Assembly: GCA_040755855.1 (NCBI GenBank)
Contig: JBFMAD010000008.1
Span: forward strand, 32,001 to 96,000
Source of the DNA: Planctomycetota bacterium
GTDB lineage: Bacteria; Planctomycetota; Brocadiia; JAADGH01
DNA length: 64,000 bases
Direction of reading: 5' to 3'
A program made the translations under genes and the position numbers. The notes under the pieces were generated by a model. It saw only the letters and a list, made by a program, of their open reading frames with translations. It searched no databases and was not told where the DNA came from. Of this stretch, positions 9,371-18,378 are shown in pieces. Numbering within the stretch: position 1 is the stretch's first letter; every line of letters starts with the position of its first letter.

Positions 9371-10212
9371 CCCCGCGGCACGCCGGCCTCCCGGAACGCC
9401 CGGGCGAGGGAGGCGTAGCAGAACTTCGCGGCCTCGATGGGATCGTAATCGGGCTTTGACCAGACGCGCGTGCTCACCTCGAGGGTGATGAAATCGCTCC
9501 ACCCCGCCTCCTTCATCGCCTTCATGTATCGCGTGCTGTCAAGGTCGCCCTGGCCGAGGAGCAGCAGGTCGAATGTGCCGTCCGCGTGTTTCCGGGCATC
9601 CGTGATGTGAGTGTGGGCCGTGTACGGGACCAGCTTCCTCACGGCGTCCTCGATCTCCTCGCCTGCAAGGAAGAGGTGCACGATGTCGAAGTGGAAGCGA
9701 ATCCTCGGATGGTTTACCGTGTCGAAGAGCCAGGTGATCCGCTCCGAGCGATCTACCGCCGCGCCGCAGTGGGCCTCGCCAGCAAGGATGAAGTCCTCCC
9801 TGTCGGCGAGGTCGGCATAATCCTGGAGCCGCTCGACAACCCGCCCCCGTATCTCCTCCCATTGCTTGGAACGTCCCCCGATCCCGATGGCCAGGACCGG
9901 CGGCTCGCGCATCCCGAGGTCGCGGGCCAGCTGCGCCGCCTTGCGCGTGTGCTCCAGCGTGGCGCGGTGCTCAGCGTCGTCCTCGGTAAACACATGACCG
10001 AGCATGAACAACGCGGGAACGCCGAGCCGGTGATTGCCCAGCAGTCGTCGCAATTCCTTTCGCCGCGCCGGAGCGATCTCATCCGGCATGGAGCCTTGGT
10101 GTTTGGGGCCGAGGCAGATTTCCACGCCGTCGTACCCCATGTCCGTCAGGGCGGGTATGGCGTCCTCTAATGACAGCATGGGCATGGCATAGGTCCCGTA
10201 TGCGATTTTCAC
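9367..10212 (-). CDS. sugar phosphate isomerase/epimerase (xylose isomerase-like TIM barrel)
   Basis: GYDGVEI, EAH, FDIVH, HTHITD and ITLE motifs. Confidence 0.85.
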   Translation of the reverse strand: MKIAYGTYAMPMLSLEDAIPALTDMGYDGVEICLGPKHQGSMPDEIAPARRKELRRLLGNHRLGVPALFMLGHVFTEDDAEHRATLEHTRKAAQLARDLGMREPPVLAIGIGGRSKQWEEIRGRVVERLQDYADLADREDFILAGEAHCGAAVDRSERITWLFDTVNHPRIRFHFDIVHLFLAGEEIEDAVRKLVPYTAHTHITDARKHADGTFDLLLLGQGDLDSTRYMKAMKEAGWSDFITLEVSTRVWSKPDYDPIEAAKFCYASLARAFREAGVPRG

Positions 10213-10251
10213 TTGTCACTCTCCACTTTCCACTCTCCACTTATCATCTTC
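10210..10251. repeat. heptamer tandem array (CACTnnn x5-6)
   Basis: CACTTGT CACTCTC CACTTTC CACTCTC CACTTAT CATCTTC. Confidence 0.7.
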
Positions 10252-10278
10252 GGTTTGAGGCGGAGCTTTGCTATGGTT

Positions 10279-11118
10279 CTATCGTTTCTTCCACTGATAC
10301 GCGGCCTTCGAGTTCTTCCAAAAATACTTCTCCGCCGCTTTCTTACCCTTGCCCTCGAAGTACTCCCGAACGACATGCATCACGCTCGCATAATCCGCAT
10401 AGCGCGAGCAGACGGGCCAGTCGCTCCCGTAGATCAGACGGTCCTCTCCGAAGGCGTCCCAGAGGGCGTCGAGCGTCGGCGCATAGAAGCCGGGTTCGGT
10501 GGGGGCGGGCTCCCGGCGCGTGGCCGAGGCGAGGCCCGAGACCTTGCAATAGACATTGGAGCACTCGGCGGCGTTGCACATGGCCCGGACCCAGGACCGT
10601 TCGGGGTCCCTTCCGTCGATGATCGCGCCGCCGACGTGGTTGATTACCATGTGCATCTCGGGAAACATCTCGGCAAGCGCCGTTACGCTATCGAGGTGCT
10701 CCTCCCGCACGAGCAGGTCGAGCTCCAGTTCGCGGATGGCCAGCATCTCAAGGTCCAGACTCACGGCCGAGTTTTCGAGATCGTCCACAACCTTCCCCCG
10801 CAGGCGAATGCCGCGGAAGAGGGGGTTCTCCGCGAACCGCGCCAGATGGTCCGCAAAGCCCTCCGCTCCCGGCGTCAGATTGCCCACCACGCCCAGAATA
10901 AACGGTTCCTTCTCGGCAAGATCGAGGAGCCACTGATTGTCCTCCGGCCACTCGCTCGCCTCCACGACGACCGTTCCCGTCACGCCCTGGGCGGCGGCCG
11001 CCTCCTTGAAGTGATTCGGGAGGACCGTCCGATACAGGACCTTGTCGTTGGGCTTGGGCCAGGGGATGCCTTGGGGCCGTGAGGGATCGTAAAAGTGCGT
11101 GTGGGCGTCAATGATCAT
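10279..11118 (-). CDS. amidohydrolase_2 family (L-fuconolactonase-like)
   Basis: IIDAHTHF, VINHVG, VYCKVSG and RLIYGSDWPV motifs. Confidence 0.85.
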   Translation of the reverse strand: MIIDAHTHFYDPSRPQGIPWPKPNDKVLYRTVLPNHFKEAAAAQGVTGTVVVEASEWPEDNQWLLDLAEKEPFILGVVGNLTPGAEGFADHLARFAENPLFRGIRLRGKVVDDLENSAVSLDLEMLAIRELELDLLVREEHLDSVTALAEMFPEMHMVINHVGGAIIDGRDPERSWVRAMCNAAECSNVYCKVSGLASATRREPAPTEPGFYAPTLDALWDAFGEDRLIYGSDWPVCSRYADYASVMHVVREYFEGKGKKAAEKYFWKNSKAAYQWKKR

Positions 11119-11250
11119 GGCCACTCCAATCCGCGAGTCGAGATGAAGAAGTGAATCAGAACAATGATGGCGCTTTTTTATCACGCCGGCGCGTCCTCGT
11201 CAAGCCCCGTCATGAAAATCTTCCTAAAACTTTTGGGAGATCGCGCCGTA

Positions 11251-11280
11251 TTGACTTCCGCCCGTGCGCGCGATTACAAT
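11251..11280 (+). promoter_or_regulatory. sigma70-like promoter
   Basis: TTGACT-18-TACAAT. Confidence 0.55.
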
Positions 11281-11332
11281 GCATTGGTCAGCGATTGCGT
11301 TTTGCCGAGGGCGCCCGTTTACACAAGCACCT

Positions 11333-12973
11333 ATGACCGACAAGAAAGACAACGACTTGATAACCATATATTGCGGCGAGTGCGGCGCCAAGATGCAGGT
11401 CAGCGCCGACAGCGCAGGCAAGGCGACTCGCTGCCCCGACTGCAAGGCGAAAGTTCCCATCCCCAGTTCCTACCTGGCTCGACCGCAGATTCGATTCTAC
11501 TGCCCGCGCTGCGAGGGGCGCGTTCGGGCCTGGGCGGAACAGTCCGGCCAGTCCATGCGCTGCCCCGGCTGCGACCTCCGCATCGAGCTTCCCCATATCG
11601 AGGGCTACGTCGAACCTGAGGAGGGATTTGAGCAGAGCGAGCTCAACCCCGAACAGGAGAACGCGCGGGAAGAACCCGCGGAAGTGTTCGAGGAGGCCGA
11701 TGACGAGGAGGAATGGGAAGAGCCCGGGGAGGAAGAAGAACAAGACGAGGAAGAGGAGGAAGAACCGCCCCGCGTCGAACGCGAAAGGTCGAAGGCGGCG
11801 AAGCCGATCCTCTCCCGCCGATCTACCCGCAGGATGGTCCGGGCGGCGTTGTGGTCGCTTGTTGTTGTCATTCCCATCGGCATCTTCATTTTCCTCCGCG
11901 CCACGCGGCCCGAATGGCTGGACCGAAAACTGATTAACGCGGCGGAGGCGGGGACCTACACCCGCGCGAGCCTCCTCGTTACATGCGGGGCCGATGTCAA
12001 CACACACGACAGCGCCGGCCGAACCGCCCTCCACGCCGCCGCCGAGAAGGGCAACAAAAAGATCGTTGAACTCTTGATCGCCGGGGGCGCGGCGGTGGAC
12101 CGCGAGGATCATGCGGGCCGGACGCCCCTCCTACTCGCCGTGCTCGGCGGCCATCGGGACGTCGTCGAGGCGCTCCTGGACGCCGGCGCCGACCCCCACG
12201 TGACCCATCCCACCGACGGCCGCAGACTTCTGGATATTGCCATGGCAAACGGTCACAACGCCGTCGCCGACCTCCTCCTCCGCCGCAGGGAGGAGGCGAA
12301 GCCGCAGGCCCCGCCGCCGTCCAGCATTATCACAATACCCGAGGGGGCGGGGGAGCAGGAGAGGGTCGCCCTGCGGATACCCCCCTCGCGCCTGACCCTC
12401 AACAAGGAGGCGCCCACTGCAGCGCCCTCGCCCGCCGTCGAACAGCCCGCCCCCAAGAAACGACCGGTGATCGTCCTGGACCGGACACGGCTCATGCCCG
12501 TGGGCTACTACGTAAGATACATGCTCAAAATCGGTGTGCGTCGAATGTGGGGCGCAAAGGGCGAGGGGAACAAAAAATTCCTCGTCGTCGTCTTCACCGG
12601 CCCGATAGATATGTTCAAAGTCAGCGAGTACGAGTTCCGATATTTGAAAGAGGAAAACGGAAAGCTCACAACCGTGGCGATGACGCGGCACTACGACCCA
12701 ACTCGGTTCACGCTCATCCTTAGCAACGGCGAACGCCTTCGGGCCTCGGCCATCGCGCCGAACTGGGCGCCCGTCGAAACCACGCTCACATCCAACATCT
12801 TCCACTACGACCTGACCAAGAGCTACGAGTCCGAGCGGGACCTCCGGCCCGGCCAGGTGGCCGTCGCCTGGCTGCTCCGGGCCGAGGAGTGCCGCGCCCC
12901 GTTCCAGGTGCGCGTGGACTGGGGCCAGCCCATCGCCGTGCCCGACGTGCGATATGATGCAGAAGAGAAATAA
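11333..12973 (+). CDS. membrane protein: double zinc ribbon, acidic linker, TM helix, ankyrin repeats, unknown C-domain
   Basis: Four CxxC pairs; Glu-rich tract; hydrophobic helix; GRTALHAAA and GRTPLLLAV ankyrin motifs. Confidence 0.8.
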   Translation: MTDKKDNDLITIYCGECGAKMQVSADSAGKATRCPDCKAKVPIPSSYLARPQIRFYCPRCEGRVRAWAEQSGQSMRCPGCDLRIELPHIEGYVEPEEGFEQSELNPEQENAREEPAEVFEEADDEEEWEEPGEEEEQDEEEEEEPPRVERERSKAAKPILSRRSTRRMVRAALWSLVVVIPIGIFIFLRATRPEWLDRKLINAAEAGTYTRASLLVTCGADVNTHDSAGRTALHAAAEKGNKKIVELLIAGGAAVDREDHAGRTPLLLAVLGGHRDVVEALLDAGADPHVTHPTDGRRLLDIAMANGHNAVADLLLRRREEAKPQAPPPSSIITIPEGAGEQERVALRIPPSRLTLNKEAPTAAPSPAVEQPAPKKRPVIVLDRTRLMPVGYYVRYMLKIGVRRMWGAKGEGNKKFLVVVFTGPIDMFKVSEYEFRYLKEENGKLTTVAMTRHYDPTRFTLILSNGERLRASAIAPNWAPVETTLTSNIFHYDLTKSYESERDLRPGQVAVAWLLRAEECRAPFQVRVDWGQPIAVPDVRYDAEEK

Positions 12974-12992
12974 GTCAGCAGGAGAAATGCGA

Positions 12993-13766
12993 ATGAAGTA
13001 CGGCGTTGTCTATGGCCGTCTGAAGGATGCGACCAAGGATCAGTACCAGCTCGCTGCCGAATACGGCTTCGACGGCCTGGAGTTGGTCTTCGGCGCGAAC
13101 AAGCATGAGCAGGACCCCCTGTGGACGCCGGAAGGCGTGAAGGAGATCAAGGCGCAGGCCGAGGCCGCCGGCATCGCAGTTCCATCCGTCTGCGGCGGGT
13201 ATTACAACCAGCGCGGCCTCGCGGCGGATGACGCGGAGCTGCGGCGGACCGGCGTCGAGGTCCTGTTGACGCTCATTGACCACTGCGCCGACGTGGGGAT
13301 GGAGAACATCCTCATCGCCTTCTTCGCCAACGGCGAGATCAAGACACCGAGGCACGAGGATTACGTCGTCGAGGCCATGGAGCAGTGCGCCCCGAAGGCG
13401 CAGAAACGCCGCATCAACCTGTGCCTTGAAACGACTCTCCCAGCCAGGCGCTTTCTCGCCCTGGCCCGGCGCATCAATCACCCGCACGTGCGCATCTACT
13501 ACGACCTGGCCAACCCCCTCATGTGGGGCGAGAACCCCGCCGAGGGCCTCGACATCCTGGCGGAGTTCGTCGCGCAAATCCATATCAAGGACCGCGGTGC
13601 GGACGACAAGAACGTCCAGCTCGGCGCGGGCCGCGTGCCCTTCCCCGACGTGGTGAAGACCATTCGCAAGATCGGCTACGACGGCTGGATGTGCTTAGAG
13701 ACGCCGGCGGGCAACAACGAGACCACCGCGAACCTGAAGTTCATCAAGGACCAGATGGGCGGGTAA
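12993..13766 (+). CDS. sugar phosphate isomerase/epimerase (UlaE/hexulose-phosphate epimerase-like)
   Basis: GFDGLEL, CLET, YYDLAN, IHIKD and MCLET motifs. Confidence 0.85.
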   Translation: MKYGVVYGRLKDATKDQYQLAAEYGFDGLELVFGANKHEQDPLWTPEGVKEIKAQAEAAGIAVPSVCGGYYNQRGLAADDAELRRTGVEVLLTLIDHCADVGMENILIAFFANGEIKTPRHEDYVVEAMEQCAPKAQKRRINLCLETTLPARRFLALARRINHPHVRIYYDLANPLMWGENPAEGLDILAEFVAQIHIKDRGADDKNVQLGAGRVPFPDVVKTIRKIGYDGWMCLETPAGNNETTANLKFIKDQMGG

Positions 13767-13781
13767 ATGACGAAGCTCGCT

Positions 13782-13816
13782 TAACCTCCCGGAGGTTCGG
13801 AACCTCCGGGAGGTTG
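13782..13816. repeat. REP-like palindrome (AACCTCC family), copy 1; possible bidirectional terminator
   Basis: AACCTCCCGGAGGTT-CGG-AACCTCCGGGAGGTT, a perfect 15-bp stem between convergent genes; second copy at 38606-38640. Confidence 0.85.
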
Positions 13817-13830
13817 AGAGGAGTAGGCTG

Positions 13831-15147
13831 CTACGTCTTGCGGTCCCATGCGTCGGCGATCCACTTGTCGAGCACCTGCCCCAGCTCGCGCGCGACCTCG
13901 GGCTTCTCCTTTATCAGGTTCTTCGTCTCGCCGATGTCCGCGTCGAGGTCGTAGAGCGCGTCCTCCTTTTCCTGGCCTCGGAGGAGCTTCATATTCCCGC
14001 GCCGGATGGCCGAAATCGGGATGGACTTGTTCTTCCCCTCCTTCGCCTTCTCGGTCCTCCGCCAGCGCCAGCAGAGGTATTCGTGCGGCGTCTTCGCCTT
14101 TCCCTGAATCATGGGCAGGATGTCCTTGCCGTCGATCGTCCCCTCCGGCAGCTTGCCGCCTCCGATCAGGGCGAGCGTGGTGAATAGGTCCGTCGTGATG
14201 GCCATCTCGCCCACGGCGCTTCCTGGCGTGATGTGTCCCGGCCAGCGCGCGATGAACGGAACGCGGATGCCGCCCTCCCACAGGCTCCCCTTTCCCCCGC
14301 GAAGGGGCTTGTTGCCCTCGACGCGCCGGCCGCCGTTGTCGCTGGTGAAGATGACAAGCGTGTTGTCCCTCAGGCCCTTCTTCTCCAGCGCATCGAGCAC
14401 GCGGCCGATGCCGTCCTCCATGCACTTCACCATCGCGCCAAAGGCCCCGCAGCGCGATGACTTCATATACTCCTCCGGCGCCTGGTCGGGCAGGTGCGGC
14501 GCGTTGTAGGCCAGGTAGAGGAAGAAGGGCTGCTCCTTCGTCTGCCGCTCCAGGATGGCGACGGCCTCGTTGGTGAGCAGGTCCGTCATGTAGCCCTGGT
14601 CGTTGCAGATCTCCTCCTGCCGGAAGAACCACTTCTTGTCGTCCTTGTAAACATGCTTGTAGTAGTCGGCCGAGCCGGAGGTCACGCCGTAGAACTCGTC
14701 GAAGCCCTGCTTCCTCGGGTGCATCTCGGCGGGGTAGCCCAGGTGCCACTTGCCCACGCAACACGTGCGGTAGCCAGCGCCCTTTAGCACCTCGGCCAGC
14801 GTCGTGTCCGCCGGGAGCAGGCCGCCCTTGTTCGTCGGCGAGGGCCATGTGTGGCCGGTGCGCAGGGGATAGCGCCCGCTCATGATGCTCTCTCGCGTCG
14901 GCGCGCACATGGGGGCGGCGGTGTAGAAGCTGGTCAGGCGGACGCCCTCGGTCGCGAGCCTGTCCAGGTTCGGGGTATCAATGTCCTTCCCGCCATAGCA
15001 GCTCAGATCGCTGTAGCCGAGGTCGTCGGCGATGATGAACAGGATATTGGGGCGGCTCTGCCCCTGTGCCCTCGAGATCGACTTGCCGGACATGACGGCC
15101 GTGGCGCCGGCGACACCGACGTGTTTCAGAAAGTCTCTTCGGTTCAT
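13831..15147 (-). CDS. Tat-exported arylsulfatase-family sulfatase
   Basis: MNRRDFLK twin-arginine signal; ADDLG; CAPTR (C-x-P-x-R); GKWHLG; TSDNG. Confidence 0.9.
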   Translation of the reverse strand: MNRRDFLKHVGVAGATAVMSGKSISRAQGQSRPNILFIIADDLGYSDLSCYGGKDIDTPNLDRLATEGVRLTSFYTAAPMCAPTRESIMSGRYPLRTGHTWPSPTNKGGLLPADTTLAEVLKGAGYRTCCVGKWHLGYPAEMHPRKQGFDEFYGVTSGSADYYKHVYKDDKKWFFRQEEICNDQGYMTDLLTNEAVAILERQTKEQPFFLYLAYNAPHLPDQAPEEYMKSSRCGAFGAMVKCMEDGIGRVLDALEKKGLRDNTLVIFTSDNGGRRVEGNKPLRGGKGSLWEGGIRVPFIARWPGHITPGSAVGEMAITTDLFTTLALIGGGKLPEGTIDGKDILPMIQGKAKTPHEYLCWRWRRTEKAKEGKNKSIPISAIRRGNMKLLRGQEKEDALYDLDADIGETKNLIKEKPEVARELGQVLDKWIADAWDRKT

Positions 15148-15282
15148 CTATCCTTCTCCCGGGACATCAAACCTCTTGTCGTTCGTCTCCTCGCACCATG
15201 CGGCGAGCCGGCCAGCTATTCTACCACACGGAACGGATGCCCCTTCGCATATCTCCTCTCGGCATACCCATTCCCTTCGTGT

Positions 15283-16191
15283 TCACCAAGGAAGGGGTTC
15301 CAGCACTTCCGCGGGAGGCCGTTGTCTCCGATCATCTAAGAAGTTCAGGAATGGTCGCTCTTCGGGACTGCATACCTTTTCGTTCACCAGATACTTGTAC
15401 AAACAGGCCATTTGGGCAACTTGCTCAGCAGCAGCATAAGCCCCGTATAGGAACTCTTGCTCGGCGCATCTTCCAGTTGCTGCAGTTAGCGGCTTCAAGC
15501 GTCTTGTGTCGATTTTGTATAGTAGGATCTGCCTGCTGTAGCAGACGCCGCGGTCCTCATCATCCCATTCCCATTCGTCAAGCAACTTGAGTAGTCCTCC
15601 CTTTGCTGCTGCAACGGCAGCGGCCTGGTCAAGGAGTTCCTCAAATTCCTGCCGGTAGGGCGGAACCAGTATCTTTTCCAGCAGACCGTCAACTTGCTTC
15701 GCATCACGCGCATCCAGACATTTCAGTTTGCCCTTGCGGCCGAGCAGGTACCCTTCCAGGATCAAGCTGTAGAACTGGTGATTGCCAATTGTGTCAAGAA
15801 CCGCGTCTATGAATCGCTCGTCAAACTTGTTTGGCTGGTAGTGGATGCGCGGTCGGAATCTCATCAGCGGCACACCGAGCTTCCCCAGGATGCCATCCTT
15901 GAGCTTATCTCTCTGTTTTTGGACTTGGCTATCGTGAAGACTCGAATCTGATTCAAGGGCAAGAGTGACCCTCCTTTTCCCATCTCCTGTGCTGGTAGCC
16001 ACATCCACCCTACTCGGACTCATGATGAAGTCCCACTCGTCTCTCGTAAAGGCGCTTCTTTTGAGCTCGCCTACCAACTGCCTTAGCGAGACATTGGGGT
16101 GAGTTTCCCAGCATGTGGAATCCAAGCGGTCTTTCACGTACTCGTACAAGAATGCTTCGTCATCGCTATTCAGGAGATGCCCATGGACCAT
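15283..16191 (-). CDS. DUF2726-like (PD-(D/E)xK fold) domain protein
   Basis: RVDV...LALESDSSLHD...QRDKLKDGILGKLGVPLMRF; GGAGG SD; visibly lower GC than its neighbours. Confidence 0.6.
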   Translation of the reverse strand: MVHGHLLNSDDEAFLYEYVKDRLDSTCWETHPNVSLRQLVGELKRSAFTRDEWDFIMSPSRVDVATSTGDGKRRVTLALESDSSLHDSQVQKQRDKLKDGILGKLGVPLMRFRPRIHYQPNKFDERFIDAVLDTIGNHQFYSLILEGYLLGRKGKLKCLDARDAKQVDGLLEKILVPPYRQEFEELLDQAAAVAAAKGGLLKLLDEWEWDDEDRGVCYSRQILLYKIDTRRLKPLTAATGRCAEQEFLYGAYAAAEQVAQMACLYKYLVNEKVCSPEERPFLNFLDDRRQRPPAEVLEPLPW

Positions 16192-16318
16192 GGCACTTCC
16201 TCCTCTTGTATTGCCCCTGGCAATTGCGTGGGAATCCTGCCCACTCCCGACCCAGAACCAGATTGGTCCAGTTGAGCGAGCGAAATCCCTCCCGGCACGT
16301 ATCACCCGCAACAAGGAG

Positions 16319-16344
16319 TCGGGGAAAGGATTCCCCTCCTACAG
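16319..16344 (-). repeat. GTAG-type REP, copy 1
   Basis: Reverse complement is CTGTAGGAGGGGAATCCTTTCCCCGA, identical to 49955-49980. Confidence 0.85.
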
Positions 16345-16355
16345 GCAACACACAC

Positions 16356-16390
16356 AATCGAAAATGGCCAATCCAAAATCGAGAATCAAA
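16356..16390. repeat. heptamer array (AATnnnn x5) at a stop codon
   Basis: AATCGAA AATGGCC AATCCAA AATCGAG AATCAAA. Confidence 0.6.
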
Positions 16391-18221
16391 CGCTGACCCA
16401 CGCCCCATCCTTCTCCGCCGACTCGTACATCCGGTCGAGGACGAGGCGGCTGCGGCGGCCGTCGCGACCATCGCAGACCAACTCCGCGCCGGCGCGGATG
16501 GCGGCGGCCAGGTTCTGGGCGAGGCTGGTCCAGGGCAGCATCTCCGGCTCGGGCGGCGTGTCCTCCCACTTGCCGCCGACGTGCCACCGCTCGATGTCCG
16601 CGGAGTACGGCCCGCCGGTGACGTGCGTGACGGCCCCCTCCGCGCCGTGCAGCTCCAGGTCGCGATACCATGTGTTGACGGGATAGGACGTCGTGGCGAA
16701 GAGCTGGACGACGGCGCCGTCGGCATACTCCCACAGGGCGCAGCCGAGGTCCTCCGCCTCGATCTCGTGCGTCTGGGTCCACCTGTTCATGGACACGCGC
16801 TTGGGCAGGCCGAGGATGTAAACCAATTCATCAATGTGGTGGATGGTCTGGTTGCTCATGATGCCGCCGCCGTCGAACTGCCTCGTGCCGCGCCACCCGC
16901 CGCTGGCCTGGAAGTACTCCATCTTCCGCAGGACCTTGAGCGACATGGTCCCGCCGAGGAGCCTGCCGAGGTCGCCGCGGGCGATGCGCTGCTTCAGGCG
17001 CTGCGTCGCGTGTTCCAGGCGGAAGGCGAAGTCCACGGCGAGCAGCTTCCCGGCCTTGTCGGCGGCGGCGATCATGCGGTCGCAGGCGGCAAGGCTGGCC
17101 TCCATCGGCTTCGTCGTGATGACGTGCTTCCCTGCGTTCAGCGCCGCGACGGCGATGTCGGCATGAAGACCGGTCGGCGTCATGACGAAGACCGCCTCGC
17201 AGTCATCGCGCTCCAGCCAGGGGTCGAGTTTGGTGGTCCACTCGCAGCCGAGTTCCTTTCCGACCTTCTCCGCCTTCTCCGCGTTGAGGTCAACGACGCC
17301 GACGACCTCCGTGCCCGGTTCCTTCTTCAGTTGCTTGGCGCGGGAGTAGCCCATGCCCAGGCCGACCACGACGAACTTCACCGGCTCGAAGTCGAACTTG
17401 GCTTTCACCCTCGGGGCCGGCGCGCCGCCGGGCCAGGCCTTGCGGATGCGGTCAATGAGGCGCTTCGACATCTCGACGTTGCTCACCGACTTGTCGGGAT
17501 TGTGCGTCTCGGCAGAGACGGGTCCCTTGAATCCGTTCGTCGCCAGCGCAAGAAGGATTTTCTCCCAGGGCACGACCACATCGGCGAGGCCAGGGACAGC
17601 GCCCTTCGCCTTGACGTGGATGCACCGGCTACGCTTCACACGCTCGGCGATGGCCTTATCGTTCGGCGGATCGCCGCCGAGCCATTCGTTCGCGCAATCC
17701 CAGGCCAGACCCCACTCCGGGACGCGGAGCGCGTCGAGGACGGTGAAGCACTCGGGCACGGTGACGCCGCAGTTCTCGAAGGCGAGGGTGAGGCCCGCTG
17801 CCTTGGCCCGATCTGCGAGAGGGCCGACCTGGTCGAGGACCTTTTGGAGTTGATCCGGCTGCACGGCGAGGGCGCCCTTCCCCTCCGCCTTGGGCTGCCA
17901 GTAGAAGAAGGCGCGGACGAGGCGGCAGTTGAATTTGTCGGCGGCGCGGACAATGCCTTCGAGTTTTTTCTTCTCGGCATCCAGTCGCTCCTTCTCCGGC
18001 AGATGCACCTTGGCGAGGGAGGATTGGAGGCAGGCGACCTTCAGGCCGTGGTCCTTGAGGAGTTTGGCGATATCGTCCATCTCCTTGTCGTCGAGCATGC
18101 AGAACTCCCTGCCCATGACGCGGCCTCGGAGGTCAATCCACTGAAGCCCCCAGTCGCGGAAGTGGGAGATGCCGTCGGTGATGTCAATGCCGATTTCGTC
18201 GTTGAAGATAGACAGTCGCAT
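16386..18221 (-). CDS. fusion of sugar phosphate isomerase TIM barrel and Gfo/Idh/MocA oxidoreductase
   Basis: N-half has AFENC, WDCAN, IHVK and SAETH; C-half has VVGLGMG, TPTGLH, GKHVITTKPM and GGGIMSNQTIHHID. Confidence 0.85.
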   Translation of the reverse strand: MRLSIFNDEIGIDITDGISHFRDWGLQWIDLRGRVMGREFCMLDDKEMDDIAKLLKDHGLKVACLQSSLAKVHLPEKERLDAEKKKLEGIVRAADKFNCRLVRAFFYWQPKAEGKGALAVQPDQLQKVLDQVGPLADRAKAAGLTLAFENCGVTVPECFTVLDALRVPEWGLAWDCANEWLGGDPPNDKAIAERVKRSRCIHVKAKGAVPGLADVVVPWEKILLALATNGFKGPVSAETHNPDKSVSNVEMSKRLIDRIRKAWPGGAPAPRVKAKFDFEPVKFVVVGLGMGYSRAKQLKKEPGTEVVGVVDLNAEKAEKVGKELGCEWTTKLDPWLERDDCEAVFVMTPTGLHADIAVAALNAGKHVITTKPMEASLAACDRMIAAADKAGKLLAVDFAFRLEHATQRLKQRIARGDLGRLLGGTMSLKVLRKMEYFQASGGWRGTRQFDGGGIMSNQTIHHIDELVYILGLPKRVSMNRWTQTHEIEAEDLGCALWEYADGAVVQLFATTSYPVNTWYRDLELHGAEGAVTHVTGGPYSADIERWHVGGKWEDTPPEPEMLPWTSLAQNLAAAIRAGAELVCDGRDGRRSRLVLDRMYESAEKDGAWVSV

Positions 18222-18378
18222 TAGTTTCTCCTTCTGCAAGGGGTTGCTACACATGTGAGGGTCCATACTATACCATAAAACCTGTCTGTGGCAAGCGGTT
18301 GGTTTTTTTCTTCAAACGGACGGGTTTTTGGTTTATGATATGGCCGTGTCGTCAGGAACGGTCTTCTGAATTCGCACA

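Noticed and set aside
13783..13815. tRNA T-arm-like GGTTCGGAACC
   Set aside because: No cloverleaf surrounds it; it is part of a repeated palindrome.
16113..18224. 703-aa plus-strand ORF, and similar long ORFs such as 31443-33239 (-), 53149-54837 (+), 26117-27733 (-) and 55141-56694 (-)
   Set aside because: These are antisense shadows of well-supported genes in GC-rich DNA and have no recognisable motifs.
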